From: Chiloscyllium plagiosum
Lineage: Eukaryota
Length of the DNA stretch: 64,000 nt
Assembly (NCBI RefSeq): GCF_004010195.1
Contig: NC_057715.1
Span: 55,810,955 to 55,874,954, forward strand
Reading direction: 5' to 3'
Made by a program: the position numbers and the translations under genes. This document shows positions 14,365 through 28,340 of the stretch, piece after piece; within the stretch, counting starts at the first letter, position 1, and every line of letters begins with the position of its first letter. The notes under the pieces are model-generated. The model saw nothing but the letters and a program-made list of their open reading frames with translations. It was not told where the DNA came from and ran no database searches.

Positions 14365-15965
14365 AGTTGGATGATGAGTACTTTGCATCATTATTCACCA
14401 AGGATGAGGACATGGATGATGGTAAGATTAGAGAGGAGTATGTGGATATTCTAAGGCACGTCAATATTAAGATGATGTTGATGTTGGGAAACATTAAGAT
14501 AGATGAGTCCTCAGGGCCTGATGAGATCTGTCCCAGGATATGGTTGAAGGCAAAAGAGGAGATTGCTGGGATCTTCACAGAGATCTTTGTATTCTTTTTA
14601 GCCATAGCTGAGCTCCCAGGAGACTGCAGAATTGCTAATGTTGTTTCTTTGTTCAAGAAGGACAACAGGGATAATCCAGGAGATTATAGGACACCGAGGC
14701 TTACATCATGGAAATTACTGAAAAAGGGACAGTTAGAAAAGAATGGGTTTATTCAAGATACTCAGCATGGCTTTGCATAGGGTCTTGTGTCTCAAACTTG
14801 GCTGAGTTTTTTGAGGAAGTGATGATGTTGATTGATGACATTAGGGCAGTAGGTGTTCTCTACAGGTGCCTCATATAGACTGGTCCAGAAGACTAAGTCA
14901 CACGGGATTCAAAGTGAGTTGCTAAATTGGATACAAAATTGGCTTGGTCATAGAAGACAGAGGATAGTTGTGGAAGGGTGTTTTTCTGATTGAAGGTCTG
15001 CAACCAGTGATGTTTTGCAAGAATCAGAGCTGGGACCTCTATCATTTGTAATATATATACATAAAAATGTAACTATTTGGATGCAAAGGTAGGCAGCTAT
15101 ATAGTAAATTAACAGATGACATGGAAATTGGTGGGGTTATAGTTAGCGAGGAAGGTTGTTGAAGGTTATAGCAGGACATAGGTCAGTTGAAAAGTCGGAT
15201 TGAGAAACTGCAGGTGGAGTTTAATCTGGACAAGTGTGAAATGATGCATTTGGGAAGTCAAATGCAAGAGGCAAGTATACAGTAAATGGTAAGATCCTTA
15301 GGAGTATTATTATACTGAGGGATCTTGTGGTGCAAGTGGATACGATCATAACGAAGGCATATGGCATGCTTTCATCGGTTGGGGCACTGAGCGTAAACAC
15401 TAGCAAGTCATGTTGCAGCTGTACAAGACTTTCGTTATGCCGCATTTGGAGCTGTGTGTGTAGTTTTTGTGGCTACACTATAGGAAGGATCAGAGGCTTT
15501 GGAGAGAGTGCAAAGCAGGATTACCAAAACATTGTCTGGATTAGCTTTTATTATCTATAAGGAGGGTTTGTACAAACTTGGATTGTTTTTGCTGGAGCAT
15601 CAAAACCAGAGGAACAACATGTTACGAGTGTATAAAATTATGAGAGACATGGATAGGGCGGATAGTCCGGTTTTTTTTCCCCAGGCTGGAAGTGTCAAAT
15701 ACTAGGGAGCATAGTTTTAATGTGAGCGGCAAAAGTTTAAAGGAGATATGCGAGGCAAGCTTTTTCTCTCCCCCCCACCCCCACCCCCAGACAGGATGGT
15801 AGGTGTCAGCAGAGATATTGGAAGCAGGTATGATCGGCACACTGAAGAAACATTTCAGCAAGCAGAGAAGAGGGATACAGACTATGTGCAGGCACATAGA
15901 ATTAGCTAGAATGGCATCATTGTCAGTGCACAGATGGTGGGCCAAAGGAGCCTGCTTCTGTGTTT
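14365..15965 (+). mobile_element. CR1 LINE, strongly decayed
   Basis: ORF 14343..14780 (EYFASLFT, SSGPDEICPR, QHGF), followed by RT and C-terminal remnants. Confidence 0.88.
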
Positions 15966-16129
15966 GACGTCCTAGATGGCCATCCACTCGTTCATCTGTT
16001 TGCTGTGCATAAAACTGACTGCCACATCTGCTTACGTTATCTTTCATGAACAACAATAGAAATTACAGGGCAAAACCAAGGACCAGGGGACTGTCAGAAA
16101 GGTAAATTTCCCATTTCAACGAATGGGTT

Positions 16130-16203
16130 TGCACCTATCCACGGTTTTGGGCTTCCGTAGTAGGTCTTCGAACGTGTCCCCCGCGGGTACGGGGAGACTA
16201 CTG
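16130..16203. mobile_element. Possible terminal fragment of a Tc1/pogo-type MITE
   Basis: Ends ...gcgggtacggggagactactg followed by TA, resembling a CAGTAG-type TIR. No partner end located. Confidence 0.4.
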
Positions 16204-16834
16204 TATTATACCAATTTACTAAAGTATAGCAATGTTTTGAAGATCTAGCTAGTGGAGTCAAGAATTATTTTATTAATGTTAACCTTTAACATACTACCCA
16301 TACACAATTTATTTTGCGTATAGCACAACCAAGAATGAGTTCGGAAACTTACTTGTCAGAGAATAGTTAAAATTTAATTGATTTAAGCAATTTCAGATTT
16401 CCATAGGAATGGAAAGAAAATAATATTAAACAGCATATGGTTTGCTGACCTCAGCTTTAGATTCGTAGTGCCTGCCAATTGCAACTAGGAGCAAAAGGAA
16501 ACAGTAGAGGACATTCCTAAGTAATGGTACTGCATTTGGAAACAATGGAAAATAAATTTAACTCCAGCTTTTCCTGAAACTTACAAGCACAAAAACCTTA
16601 ACCACTAAAAGCATTTCAATTTACAGGCTATTGAGGAAGTCTGAAATTTGCACTGAAGAGACCAACAAAAGACCAAAAATAATTGCACCTTGTTGCTGCT
16701 GGAGAGGCACAAGGGGAAAGAGACCTCGAGTCACAATCATATTATATTGAAAGAAAATTGTAAGCAATGTGTTAAAATCCTACTCATGGAATCTCAACTG
16801 AAAAATATCCTGAAAAAATTCCTACGGCCCACGG

Positions 16835-18265
16835 ACCGTAGGAATTAAATTATTTGGCTATCAAATCTGCTCTATCATGGTTGTTATGTTTCTCAACCTC
16901 ATTCTTTTGCCTTCTCTCTATAATCTTTGATGATCTCCCTCATCAAGAACCTTTTTATCTTTGACTTAAATAATCTCAATGAATTGACCCTCACAGTCTG
17001 CTTTGGCAGTGAGTTCCACAGATTAACTACCCTCTGGCTGAAGAAATTTCTCCTTATCTCAGTTTTAAAGGGTTGTCCTTTCACTCTGAGGCTGTGTCCT
17101 TGGGTCCTAGTCTCTCCTGCTAGTGGAAACATACTCTATTCTCCACATCCACTTTATCCAGGCCTATCAGTGTTCTGTAAGATTCAATGAGATCCCCCCT
17201 CATCCTTCGAAACTCCATTGAGTTCAGACCCTGAGTCCTCAACCATCCTCATATAAGTCCTTCAACCCTGGAACCATTCTTAAACCTGGCCTGGCCACCC
17301 TCCAAGGCCAGCACATCTTTCCTTAGATAAAGGGCCCAAAACTGCTAACATTCCAAATTTGGTCTTCAGGACCTTATGCAGCCTGAGCATAAGCCCTGTA
17401 TTCTAACCCTCTTGAAATGGACGCGAAAATTGCATTTTCCTTTCTGACTGCCCACTGAACTTACTTGTTAACCTTAAGAGGATCCTGAACTAAAACTCCT
17501 AAGTCCCTTTGTACTTCAGATTTCCAAAGCCTTTCCTCATTTAGAAAATAGTCTATGCCTCTCTTCTTCCTACCAAGGTGCATAACTTGACATTTTCCCA
17601 CATCTGTAGAGGTAGTTCTCCTATAACACTGTAGTTGTGTTCCAGTGAACCCTCGCTTCATAGAAAAATTGCTTAATATAAACAATGGGGTCTATGGGAA
17701 AAGTGGTGTTGAGGCGGACCAGCAAAAAATGTTACACTCAATCGTTCAAAAATCACCCAAAAGTCTAACCAGAAGTATAGCGTAGCCTGAATCAAGGTTG
17801 AAATCTTAACTTATTAACAAAAAGTAAATTTAACACAGTATGTTTAAAATATGTAAGAAAGTTGCTTTCTGTACAGTACTTCTCACAGAAAGCTGCTTTG
17901 TCGGTAGCTAACATCGGTGCATGTGCAGAATGCAGAATGGTGTGGCGATTTCGGTGTGCATATCGGTGCATGCGCAGAACAAAGTGTGTGAACTGATCCC
18001 CACAGGAATCATGCTATTGCCAACGGAGGTAAGCGTTCTCCAAAATACCATTCCCTAATTCTTCAGCGACGTTATTGCCAAATCGTGCTGCCAAAAAATG
18101 CATTATCCCAGAACTACCTGTATTCCATCTGCCACTTATTTGCCCACTCTCCAACCCTATCCAAGACGTTTTGCATCCTCTCCACTTCCTCAGCTCAACC
18201 TTTCCACCTACTTATCTTTGCGTCATCTGCAAGCTTAGCAGCAATGCCCTCCGTTCCTTATTTGT
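16835..18265 (-). mobile_element. CR1 LINE fragment interrupted by a MITE
   Basis: ORF 16899..17132 (RRNFFSQRVVNLWNSLP). The RT sequence resumes after 18120. Confidence 0.85.
17609..18120. mobile_element. Non-autonomous Tc1/mariner-pogo-type DNA transposon (MITE) with TA TSD
   Basis: TA|gaggtagttct...agaactacctg|TA. The ends are inverted copies and the CR1 sequence is continuous across the insertion. Confidence 0.8.
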
Positions 18266-18982
18266 ACCGTTAATATACAGTATAACATTATCTTGTCCTG
18301 CTATCTGCCGTGCTTGCCACAACTTTCACCTGCATTGTATCATGATTTTGATCCCAAACCCTGTTATGAAATCTCTGTATAATTTCACATTATTTAGTCC
18401 CTAATTTCAGCCAGTCATCTTTTTCCAATAGTTTTGTTCTGTAGCAGTGGTGATATTACCCAGTCAATTGAAGTCTTCAGCCATTTCTTTGAAGTCTCCA
18501 GTGCCTATTGAGCTATTTATGTACCTGCTTTATATGTGTATAATTTGTAGTTTACTTCTTTCTTCACTTAGTGCTTTTAAACAGAGTATTCATCCTTTAG
18601 TGTGTACTGATGCCTTGACTTTTTCATGGTGAATGCTTCCATTAAGTAGCTGGTGTACCACAACTTGCACTTGTTCTCGACTCACCTCTTGTTGACAAAG
18701 GACACTGGTAGAATTTGAATAGTTACTACTGGGGCTTAGTTGCTTTTTGTGTCTTGTCAGCCTTTCTGAAGGCACAGCTGATAAATCTGAACATAGTTTT
18801 GAAGAATAAATGGTTGACTTTACAACAACCAAAATTCAAATAAGACTGTTTAAATTGTTAACGTTTTGAACCTGGGATAGTTTTAACTTGAATCGCCACA
18901 AATAAAGGTTCAGTCACACTTTTGCACCTTGCCTGATTTGCTTTTTTTTGTTTGAGGGCAATTAAATGTGTTGTAAATAGAG

Positions 18983-19260
18983 TGGGAGTCGATAAAATGT
19001 GGTGCTGGAGAAAGCACAGCAGGCCAGACAGCATCTGAGAAGTAGGAGAGTCGACATTTTGGGCAGTGCCCTTCGTCGGGACTGGGGAAGGGGAAGACGA
19101 CTGACAAATAAATACTGTGGGGCGGCGCTGGGGTAAAGGTAGGTGGATGGCATTAGGTGGATGCAGGTAGGAGAGTCAGACCTGCCGTGCTTTTTCCAGT
19201 GCCACATTTTATCGATTTAACTCTTCAGTCTTACACTCTGCAGTCGTCACTATTGCCTTG
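18983..19260. repeat. Penelope-derived short repeat with inverted arms
   Basis: Shares the gctggagaaagcacagcaggccag and ctgccgtgctttttccag motifs with 24700-24760 and 62221-62408. Confidence 0.65.
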
Positions 19261-19569
19261 TAATGAGGGTAACTAATTTACTATTGCTATTTCATTGGCT
19301 GGTGATAAGAGGTAAAATAACTTAGTTTTCTTGTTAACCTTGTGTTATAGTAATAGCTTTAGCCTGTGTGAGACACATTTCTAGTCATTTAGTCAATAGT
19401 TTTCTAGTTTATGCATATACTTAAGAAATCATTCCTTCAGAGACAAACTGTTCATTTGGACAAGGAGTCTTTTGGTAATTTTATTGGGCCGTAGGAATTT
19501 TTTCAGGATATTTTTCAGTTGAGATTCCATGAGTAGGATTTTAACACATTGCTTACAATTTTCCCACGG

Positions 19570-19900
19570 ACTGCAAAACCAATGTAGGATACAAAATCCC
19601 ATGCAAGGACTGCACAAAACACTACATAGGACAAACAGGAAGACAGCTAACAGTCCGCATCATGAACACCAACTAGCCACGAAACGACACGACCAGTTAT
19701 CCTTAGTAGCCACACACGCAGATGACAAGCAACATGAATTCGACTGGGACAACACTACTATTATAGGACAAGCCAAACAGAGAACAGCCAGGGATTTCCT
19801 AGAGGCATGGCACTNNNNNNNNAACACAAATTCCCAGCTCGGCGAACAGAACCACAACAACGAGCACCCGAGCTACAAATCTTCTCACAATCTTTAGCTT
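19570..19900 (+). mobile_element. Penelope-like GIY-YIG fragment spanning an assembly gap
   Basis: Translates to HEHQLATKRHDQLSLVATH...HEFDWDNTTII...DFLEAWH. N-run at 19815-19822. Confidence 0.75.
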
Positions 19901-20984
19901 ATATTCTGAGAGACTTTGAGCCATGCCTTCAAGATCCAAAGCCAGCATTGAATAGGATTAGTCAATATAATTTTCCCTGGAGCAGTCAATTTGTGGCAGC
20001 AATAGTCTCTTGAAGCTGAATAGCCTTCCAAAAAGAAAGCAACAGCAGAATGTCATAGCAAGCGAGAGGGAGGATGTTGCAAAATGAAGACTCCCTCTTC
20101 CCAACTCTTCAACATTTAAATAATAAACTAAATTTGCAGGTACGCCATTACCATGGGAGCAAACCCCAACACAGAAGGCCTGCAGTTGCCACTGCACCCA
20201 AATAAGCAGGGAGGACCTGTTAGCTTGCCTGAAATGTACATACCAGGCCTGCTGTCAGGGGGCTGATTGCAGGCAGCTAAAATCATTATCAGCCACCTAT
20301 GGAAATCTACAGGCCAAAGGAAAACCTCAGTTGCTCAAAATTAACAGGCTTTATTACTAATCACATGGTCCCAACAGGCCCAACACATCTCAAGTCTGGA
20401 AAAATGGTCTCAAACCAGGATGGCACGCAGATTGGCGATGCACATGTACCTTTATTCCCAGTTTTGGCAGGAGCTGAAAAATCCAACTTCAGGAAATGAC
20501 TACTCAGTCTTGAGAAATAAAATGATATTTACACTTTGAACGTTACTTGACATTCGAAGCAGGATTTTATCAAACAAACATCTCAAATGTCAGCTTCCTG
20601 AATTTCACAAGCTAAGTTTAGTTTAAGAGTTACGGACCTCATTGACTAGACCAGCATTTATTGCCCATCCCTAATAGCCCTTGAAAAGACGGTGGTGAGC
20701 TGCCTTCTTGAACTGCTGTGGTCCTTGCAGCATGAAGTAAGCAGTGGGTGAAAGAAAATTGGACTTGAACAGTCGAATTTAATCACTGGGCATGTAATCA
20801 TTGTTAATTAACATGCTCATACATGCTGTGACATAGCTTGGGGACAGGTGAGACTTTAACCCCCACCTTCTGGTTCATAGGTAGAGATGTAACAATGTAG
20901 CAGCATATTGTTACTGGCTCTCAATTCCTCCCAACAGAGACAAAACCTTACAATTGGTGCCAGCCAAATGTTGTAAAATACAAA

Positions 20985-22570
20985 GTTTGCGTAAAGATTT
21001 GTAGTTCGGGTGTTGGTTGCCATCGTGTGGGTATGTTCGCCAAGCTGGGAAGTTGATTTGCAGCTGTATTGTCCCCTGTCTAGGTGACATCTTCAGTGCT
21101 TTGGAGCGTCCTGTGAAACATTGCTATACTGTGTCTTCTGGAATTTATTTGGTTCCATTCCTGATGCTTCTGGATGCTGGTTTCAGTTGTTCGCTGCAGT
21201 GGCCGGTGTATTGGGTCTAGGTCTACGTGTTTGTTGTTGGAGCCCATGGAGGAGTGCTATGATTCTAGAAATTCTCTGGCTGTCCTCTGTTTAGCTTATC
21301 CTATGATCATTGTGTTGTCCTAGTCAAAGTTGTGGCCCTTGCCATCTAATGTGGATGGCTACTATGGACAGTCATGGCATTTAGTGACTCGCTGGTGTTC
21401 ATGGATGGGGATCGCTAGTTGTCTGCCTATTTGTTCTCACTAGTGTTTCATGCAGACAACAAGAACATAAACATAGACAGGGATGAAGTGATGATCTCAT
21501 TCAAAATAACAGCACTGTTCGCTTCAATTGACAAAACTCTAGCCAGACAGACAATAGCCAACCTCCTGGACAAACAGACCAAATGACACAACGGGGAACC
21601 TATCAACAAGAACTGCACACCCAAACCACTCGACCAGTGCTTGACGACACACTTCACATTCAACAAGCAAATAAATGAACAAATCAATGGGAAACCTATG
21701 GGCTCACCTAACCCCAGGCTCGTAGCAGAAGCAGTGATGCAAAGACTGGACCAAACAATCCTCCCACAAATCCGACCCAAACTCTGGATCAGGTATGTGG
21801 ACAACACTTTTGTAATTATTAAGAGAACAGAAATTGAGAACACATACCAGATTATTACCACCATGCTTACAGGGATCAAATTTACAAGAGGAGGAAGCTA
21901 ACAACCAACTCCCATTCCTGGATGAGGTGCTAGAAAAAACGCAGAAGAGTGAATGCACTACAAAAGTATATAGAAAAGCCACACACCCGGACCAAATCCT
22001 GAACTACAACAGCAACCACCCAAACACACACAGAGAAGCTGCATTAGGACTCTGTTCAAAAGGGCTACAACACACTGCAGCACTCCCGACCTGCAGAGAA
22101 GATGAAGAAGAAGAACACCTCTACAGGATCTTCACCAAGAACGGATATCCCACAACTTCATTCACAGATGCCTGGCAGACAAACAACGTGACTAAGACAT
22201 GCCATAACCCAAACACATTAGCCATGCTACCGTATATAAAAACATTTCGGAATGAACAGCCAGACTTCTCCGACGACTCGGGTTCATGACAGTTCATAAA
22301 CCTACAGCCACACTCAGACAACAACTCACCAGGATAATAGACCCTATACCCCTCATGTGCAAGACTAATGTAATTTACAAGATTCCATGCAAAGACTGCA
22401 TGAAACACTATATAGGACAACCAGAAAGAGCAGAAACGGAACCAAATAAATTCCAGAAGAGACAGTAAAGCAGCGCCTCACAGGAGGCTCCAAAGCACGG
22501 AAGATGCCACCAAAACAGGGGACGACACATCTGCAAATCAACTTCCCAGCTCGAACATACCCACAACGAT
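20985..22570 (+). mobile_element. Penelope-like retroelement with RT and GIY-YIG remnants and an inverted 3' copy upstream
   Basis: ORF 21641..21901 (GKPMGSP, WIRYVDNTF), 21834..22289 (LPFLD, TKVYRKATH) and 22286..22468 (VIYKIPCKDCMKHYIGQ). 20985-21445 is an inverted copy of the 3' region. Confidence 0.88.
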
Positions 22571-23199
22571 GGTTGCAAAATTTTTTTTTAAAAACTCAGC
22601 AGAGTTTACTTGGTAATGAAACTCTCCAAACAGGAACTATAATTTAAGAGTTGAACTCATTAGCACAGGTGGGGAGGGAAAGACATTGTGGTGCACAGCA
22701 TTTCAAGTTAAACCTAAGTGTAATTTAACTTGGTAACAGTTTAACAAACAAATAGCCTGTTATGCAATTTTATGTGTTTTTTAGTGATTACTCCGCAATT
22801 TATAACCCTCGGTCTAGCCAGTGATTCCATGTGTTTTAACAAATAAAATGTTATAGTAAATAAGTTTTGCTTACCCAATTATATATTATGCAGTGAATAG
22901 TTTAATAAACACAGCTGGAACTAGGCATATGTGGTGAGCAGAACTGAAATGCTGGAGTCTCCTTCAGGGCTCAGGAACCCAACATTGGGAGATCTTCCAG
23001 ATACGGATCTCTCAGTACAATGGAAATATATCCCTGCGACAATTTTCCAGTGTCAGGGCCAATTAATGGCCAGAGGTCACACTCATCATTCAAACAAGCT
23101 TGATGGTAAGGCTCTCAAGGCTAGGTGGCCAATGTCACATTGACATCGCCACCATCATTGGAGCTGCCAATGTATGAAGGACAAAGGCAATGCCTCTGC

Positions 23200-24760
23200 C
23201 TCCGAGCTTACTTTTTCAATCAGGACTCCCGCCCACCTTCCAAGGACCCCTTTGCCCACCTCCAGCGCACTCCATCCACCCAGACACCCCATGCTGGCCT
23301 ATTACCTTCCCTCGATCTCTTCATTTCCAACTGCCGCTGAGACATTAACCGCCCCAAACTGTCTACCCCCCTCCCCCACTCCAACCTCTCACCCTCAACA
23401 CGCAGCCATCCACTCCCTCTGCTCCAATCCCAACCTCACCATCAAACCAGCAGATAAAGGGGGTGCAGTGGTAGTTTGGCGCACTGACCTCTACACTGCT
23501 TCACCGGGACAATCTCTGACACTTCTCTCCCCTTCTTGGACCTCTCCATCTCCATTAATGACGACCGACTTGACACTGACATTTTTTACAAACTCACTGA
23601 CTCCCACAGCTACCTGGATTACACCTCTTCCCACGCTATCTCCTGTAAAAATGACATCCCGTATTCCCAATTCCTCCACCTCTGCCGTATCTACTCCCAG
23701 GAGGACCAGTTCCAACACAGAATACACCAGATGCCCTCCTTCTTTAGAGACCGCAATTTCCCTTCCCACGTGGTTAAAGATGCCCTCCAACGCATCCCAC
23801 ACCTCTGCCCTCAAACCCCACCCCTCCAACCGTAACAAGGACAGAACCCCTCCCCGGGTGCTCACCTTCCACCCTACCAACCTTCGCATAAACATCATCA
23901 TCTGACGACATTTCCGCCACCTCCCAACAGACCCCACCACCAGGGATATATTTCCCTCCTCACCCATTTCCGCTTTCCGCAAAGACCTTTCCCTCCATGA
24001 CGACCTGGTCAGGTCCACGCCCCCCAACAACCCACCGTCCCATCCTGGCACCCTCCCGTGCCACCGCAGGAATTGCAAATCCTGCGCCCACATCTCCCCC
24101 CGCACCTCCATCCAAGGCACCAAAGGAGCCTTCCACATCCAAAGTTTCACCTGTACATCCACCAATGTCATTTATTGTATCCGTTGCTCCCGATGCAGTC
24201 TCCTTTACACTGGGGAGACTGGACGCTTCTGAGCAGAGCGCTTTAGGGAACATCTCCGGGACACCCGCACCAATCAACCACACCGCCCTGTGGCCCAACA
24301 TTTCAACTCCCCCTCCCACTCTGCCAAGAACATGCAGGTCCTGGGCCTCCTTCACCGCCGCTCCCTCACCACCTCACGCCTAGAGGAAGAACTCATCTTC
24401 CACCTCGGAACACTTCAACCCCAGGGCATCAATGTGGACTTTACCTCATTTCCCCTTCCTCCACCTCACCCCAGTTCCAACCTTCCAGCTCAGCACCGTC
24501 CCCATGACCAGTCCTACCTGCCTATCTTCCTTTCCACCTATCCACTCCACCCTCCTCTCTGACCTATCAGCTCCATCACCACCCCCATTCACCTATTGTA
24601 CTCTATGCTACTTTCTTGCCATGCCCACTCCCCTCTTATTTATCTCTCCACTCTGCAGGCACCTTGCCTCGATTCCTGATGAAGGGCTTTTGCCCGAAAC
24701 GTCGATTTTCCTGCTCCTCGGATGCTGCCTGACCTGCTGTGCTTTTCCAGCACCACTCTA
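23200..24760 (+). mobile_element. Penelope-like retroelement (second family), internally deleted
   Basis: IKPADKGGAVVVW, TDIFYKLTDSHSYLDYTSSH, a GIY-YIG region at ~24160-24260, and a terminal hammerhead motif. Confidence 0.88.
24676..24705 (+). ncRNA. Minimal hammerhead ribozyme core in Penelope terminal repeat
   Basis: CTGATGA-A-GGGC-TTTT-GCCC-GAAAC-GTCGA. Confidence 0.72.
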
Positions 24761-25549
24761 ATCTAGGCAATGAGCATGTGCACACCCTCCATCTTCCTAC
24801 ACATTTTAATATGGAAGCAAAGAGAAGTAGGCCATATCTATCAGGTCATCCACCATATTGCAGTCTCCACAGACAACCCACCTCCTAACCAGAAAATTCC
24901 AATCACTGTGGGACTGAGGCCTTAATACACTCCTTATAATCCCTTTGTAAGTACTTACCACAGATAGCAATTTCACCTGCACCCAGCCTTTTCACTAAAT
25001 CCTTCATTATCAACATAGTGGGGAATACCACTGACCAGAAACTGAACTAGGCTAGCCACATACATCCATGGTTATAAGTGCAGGTCAAAAGCTGGGAATT
25101 CTGTGGCGAGTCACTCATCTCCTGTCTCCTTGGAGCACGTCCATCATCTAAAAGACACAAGTCAGGACTATAATAGAATACCCTTCACTTGCCTGGTTGA
25201 GTGTAGTTCCTACGTAACTGAAAACACTATCCAGGACAAAGCAAACTACATGACTGGCTCCCCATCCACCACCTTAAATATGCCAACGAAGTAGTGGTAA
25301 CATCACTAGACGAGTAACCCTGAAACTCAGGTTATCGTTTTGGAGACATGGTTCAAATCCCACCACGGCAAACAATGAAACTTGAATTCAATAAAAATAA
25401 AATCTGGAAATGAAAAAGAAAGCTGACCATGGAACCACAACTGATTTTTTATAAAAACCCATCTGGTGTACTAATAACCTTTAGAGAAGGAAACCAGCTG
25501 TCTTTACCTGGTCTGGCCGACATTTGACTCCAGACCCGCAGAACTGTAC

Positions 25550-25862
25550 AGTCATAAAGTCAGAGATGTACAGCACGGAAACAGACCCTTCGGTCCAACT
25601 CATCCATGCCGACCAGATATCCTAACATAATATAGTCCCATTTGCCATCACTTGGCCCACATCCCTCTAAACTCTTCTTATTCATATACCCATCCAGATG
25701 CTCTTAAATGTTGTAATTATACCAGCCTCCACCATTTGCTCTGGCAGCTCATTCCATACACAACCACCCTCTGCGTGAAAAGGTCGCCCCTTAGGTCCCT
25801 TTTAAATTATTTCCCTCTCACCCTAAATCTATGCCCTGTAGCTCTGGATTCCCCCACCCCAG
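25550..25862 (-). mobile_element. CR1 LINE 3' end fragment
   Basis: Closely similar to the CR1 tails at 48069-48400 and 40390-40700. Confidence 0.85.
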
Positions 25863-27409
25863 GTAGTTGGCTCTTAACTGCCCTCTGAGCAATTATCATT
25901 GGGCAACCAAGGCTGGTCTAGCCAGTGACACCCAAAGTTCGATAAGCAAATTACAAAAAACCCAACACAATAGCAGCAGTGTGTACCATCTACAAGATGT
26001 AGCGCAGTAACTCACTAAGTCTCCTTTGACGTACCTTCCAAATAAAATCAAAGGTAGCAAATGCAAGGAAACCATGACCTGAAAATTCCCCTCCAAGCCA
26101 CATCATCCTGACTTGGAACTATATTGCTATTCCTTCAATGTCACAAAGGTCAAAATCCTGGAATTTCTTCCTAACCTGTAATATATTGGGGACACCGTCC
26201 AACCAACAATTGTAACTGGAATGTCAAAAGCTTCATGGTCTGCTCAATACTGGTCCTTAGGAGAGATTTGTCAGTTGAAACCTATGTGGGGCTCTACTGC
26301 AGATGCATGAAAAGTTGTCATTAATCATCTATTCAAGAGATACCCCTGTACTGCCAGGAGGTGCAGTGGCACTCAATTGCCCAAGAATAAAGGATGGATA
26401 GCAGCTGCCAAGATGATAAGTGCACAAAAACAAAGTCTTTATGGTAATCGCAGTCCATCTGAACATTTTGTGAATGAAGGCTCTCCCAAGCTGCTTACTC
26501 AATAGCCACATGTTTGCTTCAATTATGCACTGGATTACAAGAATACAGCTATAGACATGAATTTCACTGCCCTTGGAGCATACAAGACCACATCTGTTTG
26601 GAAGTTGATACACTTTAATGCTCTTGTAAACAGGGCACGAGTGACCTCCAATTTGCAATAATATACTGCTACTTGCAAGAATTCACAAAGATCTACTGCT
26701 GATTTTTGGAATGATCCCAAGGCAACAAAGTTCAAAGCTGACCTTACAGAAACTGACAGAGCATGACCACATGAGTTCTGTAACCAGTGAAGTCTTCCAT
26801 GCAAAGGACACAAACATCAGAACCCATCTGCATAGATACGCACAATCTCCTGTGGCCCTGATTTTCTGACACATCATGTAGCACATTCTTCTGTAGTTTA
26901 CTCAGTATGGAGAGTATGATCATCATTGCTTACATGCCCCACTTTTGACTTTTTTGCCCGTCTTATCCCCAATGCTCCCTAGATTCTCCCTTTTCATCCC
27001 ACACTTCCCTCTTTGCACTCCACCAACTGTCTTAGCTGCACAAAGAATGGCATTAATGTGTCACATTAGCGCACCTGCGAACCTTCCACATTTTTTTTTA
27101 ATGAACCTGCATCTCAAATATATCCACTGCGGATGCCGAGTGACGAGGCAGGCAGAATAAAAGGGCCAACTCAAATCTCTGGAACCATGTCCCAGTTGTT
27201 CATATTACATATTATGACCTCTCGCCCTCAGCTTCCACACACCCTCAACCCTTTCCCCTCACTCTCTATGCTCATCCATGCTACTTCATGCCAACTTAGT
27301 CCCCCACTCACCCCATAGTCCCTATATTCTCTGTGCAAACTTTGTTCTAACTTATACCAACCCATACACTACCATTTACACTTACACCTTGCACACTTAC
27401 CTAAAATAC

Positions 27410-28340
27410 TGGTTAATTGATTTATTTTTGTCACATGTACCAAGATACAGTGAAAAGCATTGTTTTGTGTGCTATACAGGCAGATAATACCATACAAAGT
27501 GCTGTAGGGTAGCAGAACAGAGTGCAGAATACAGTGTTACAGCTGCAGAGAAGATGCAGAAAGAGAGCGGTCTAAATTAACATTTGAGAGATTTGTTTAA
27601 AAGTCTGATATCAGAAGGTAAGGAGCTGCTCTTGAACACGTTTGTCCATGTATTCAAACTTTTATATCTTCTCTCTGACAAAAGAGGATGGAAAGCGGTA
27701 TAACCAGAGCTAGAGGGGTCTTTGATTATGTTGGTTGCTTTCGTAAGACAGTGGGAAGTATAGATGGAGTCAATGGATGGAAGGTTGGTTTGCATGGAGC
27801 TGGGCTGTGATCACAACCCTCTGTAGTTTCTTGCAGTCTTCAGAAGACCAGTTTCTATACCACGCTATGATGTATCCCGGTAGGTGCACCTTTCCTTATG
27901 GACATGATGACTTTCCTTAGCCTCCTGAGGAAGTAGGGCGTTTGTGCTTTCTTGACAGTCATATAGACATGGGTGGACCAGGACAGATTTTTGGTGATAA
28001 GCACTCTCGAGAACTTTACTTTCTTAACCATCTCCACCTCAGAGCAGGGGCATGGCCTCCACTCCGCTTTCTGAAGTTAGTGACCAGCTCCTTCATTTTG
28101 TTGATGTTGGAGAGATTGCTGCTTTGATAACATGTCGCTAAGCACTGAATCTCTTTCCTGTATTCTGTCTTATCATTGCATGAGACCCATTCAACAACAG
28201 TGGTGTCACCAGCAAACTTGTAAATGGAGTTGGGGTGAAATATAGCCAAATAGTCATGAGTATATAAGGAGTATTGTAGGGAGTAGAGTACGCAGCCTTT
28301 TGGGGCACCAGTGTTGAGGACTATGGTGGAGGAAGTGGCC
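27410..28340 (-). mobile_element. Rex1/Babar-like LINE 3' fragment
   Basis: ORF 28016..28342 reads STIVLNTGAPKGCVL...SLYTHD...YKFAGDTTVV. Downstream YFLRRLRK and HPLLSERRYKSL fit this clade. Confidence 0.75.

Noticed and set aside
23174-24383. Long Pro/Ser/Thr-rich or Gly-rich ORFs (243, 226, 131 and 128 aa)
   Set aside because: They are largely alternative or antisense frames of a C-rich Penelope element.
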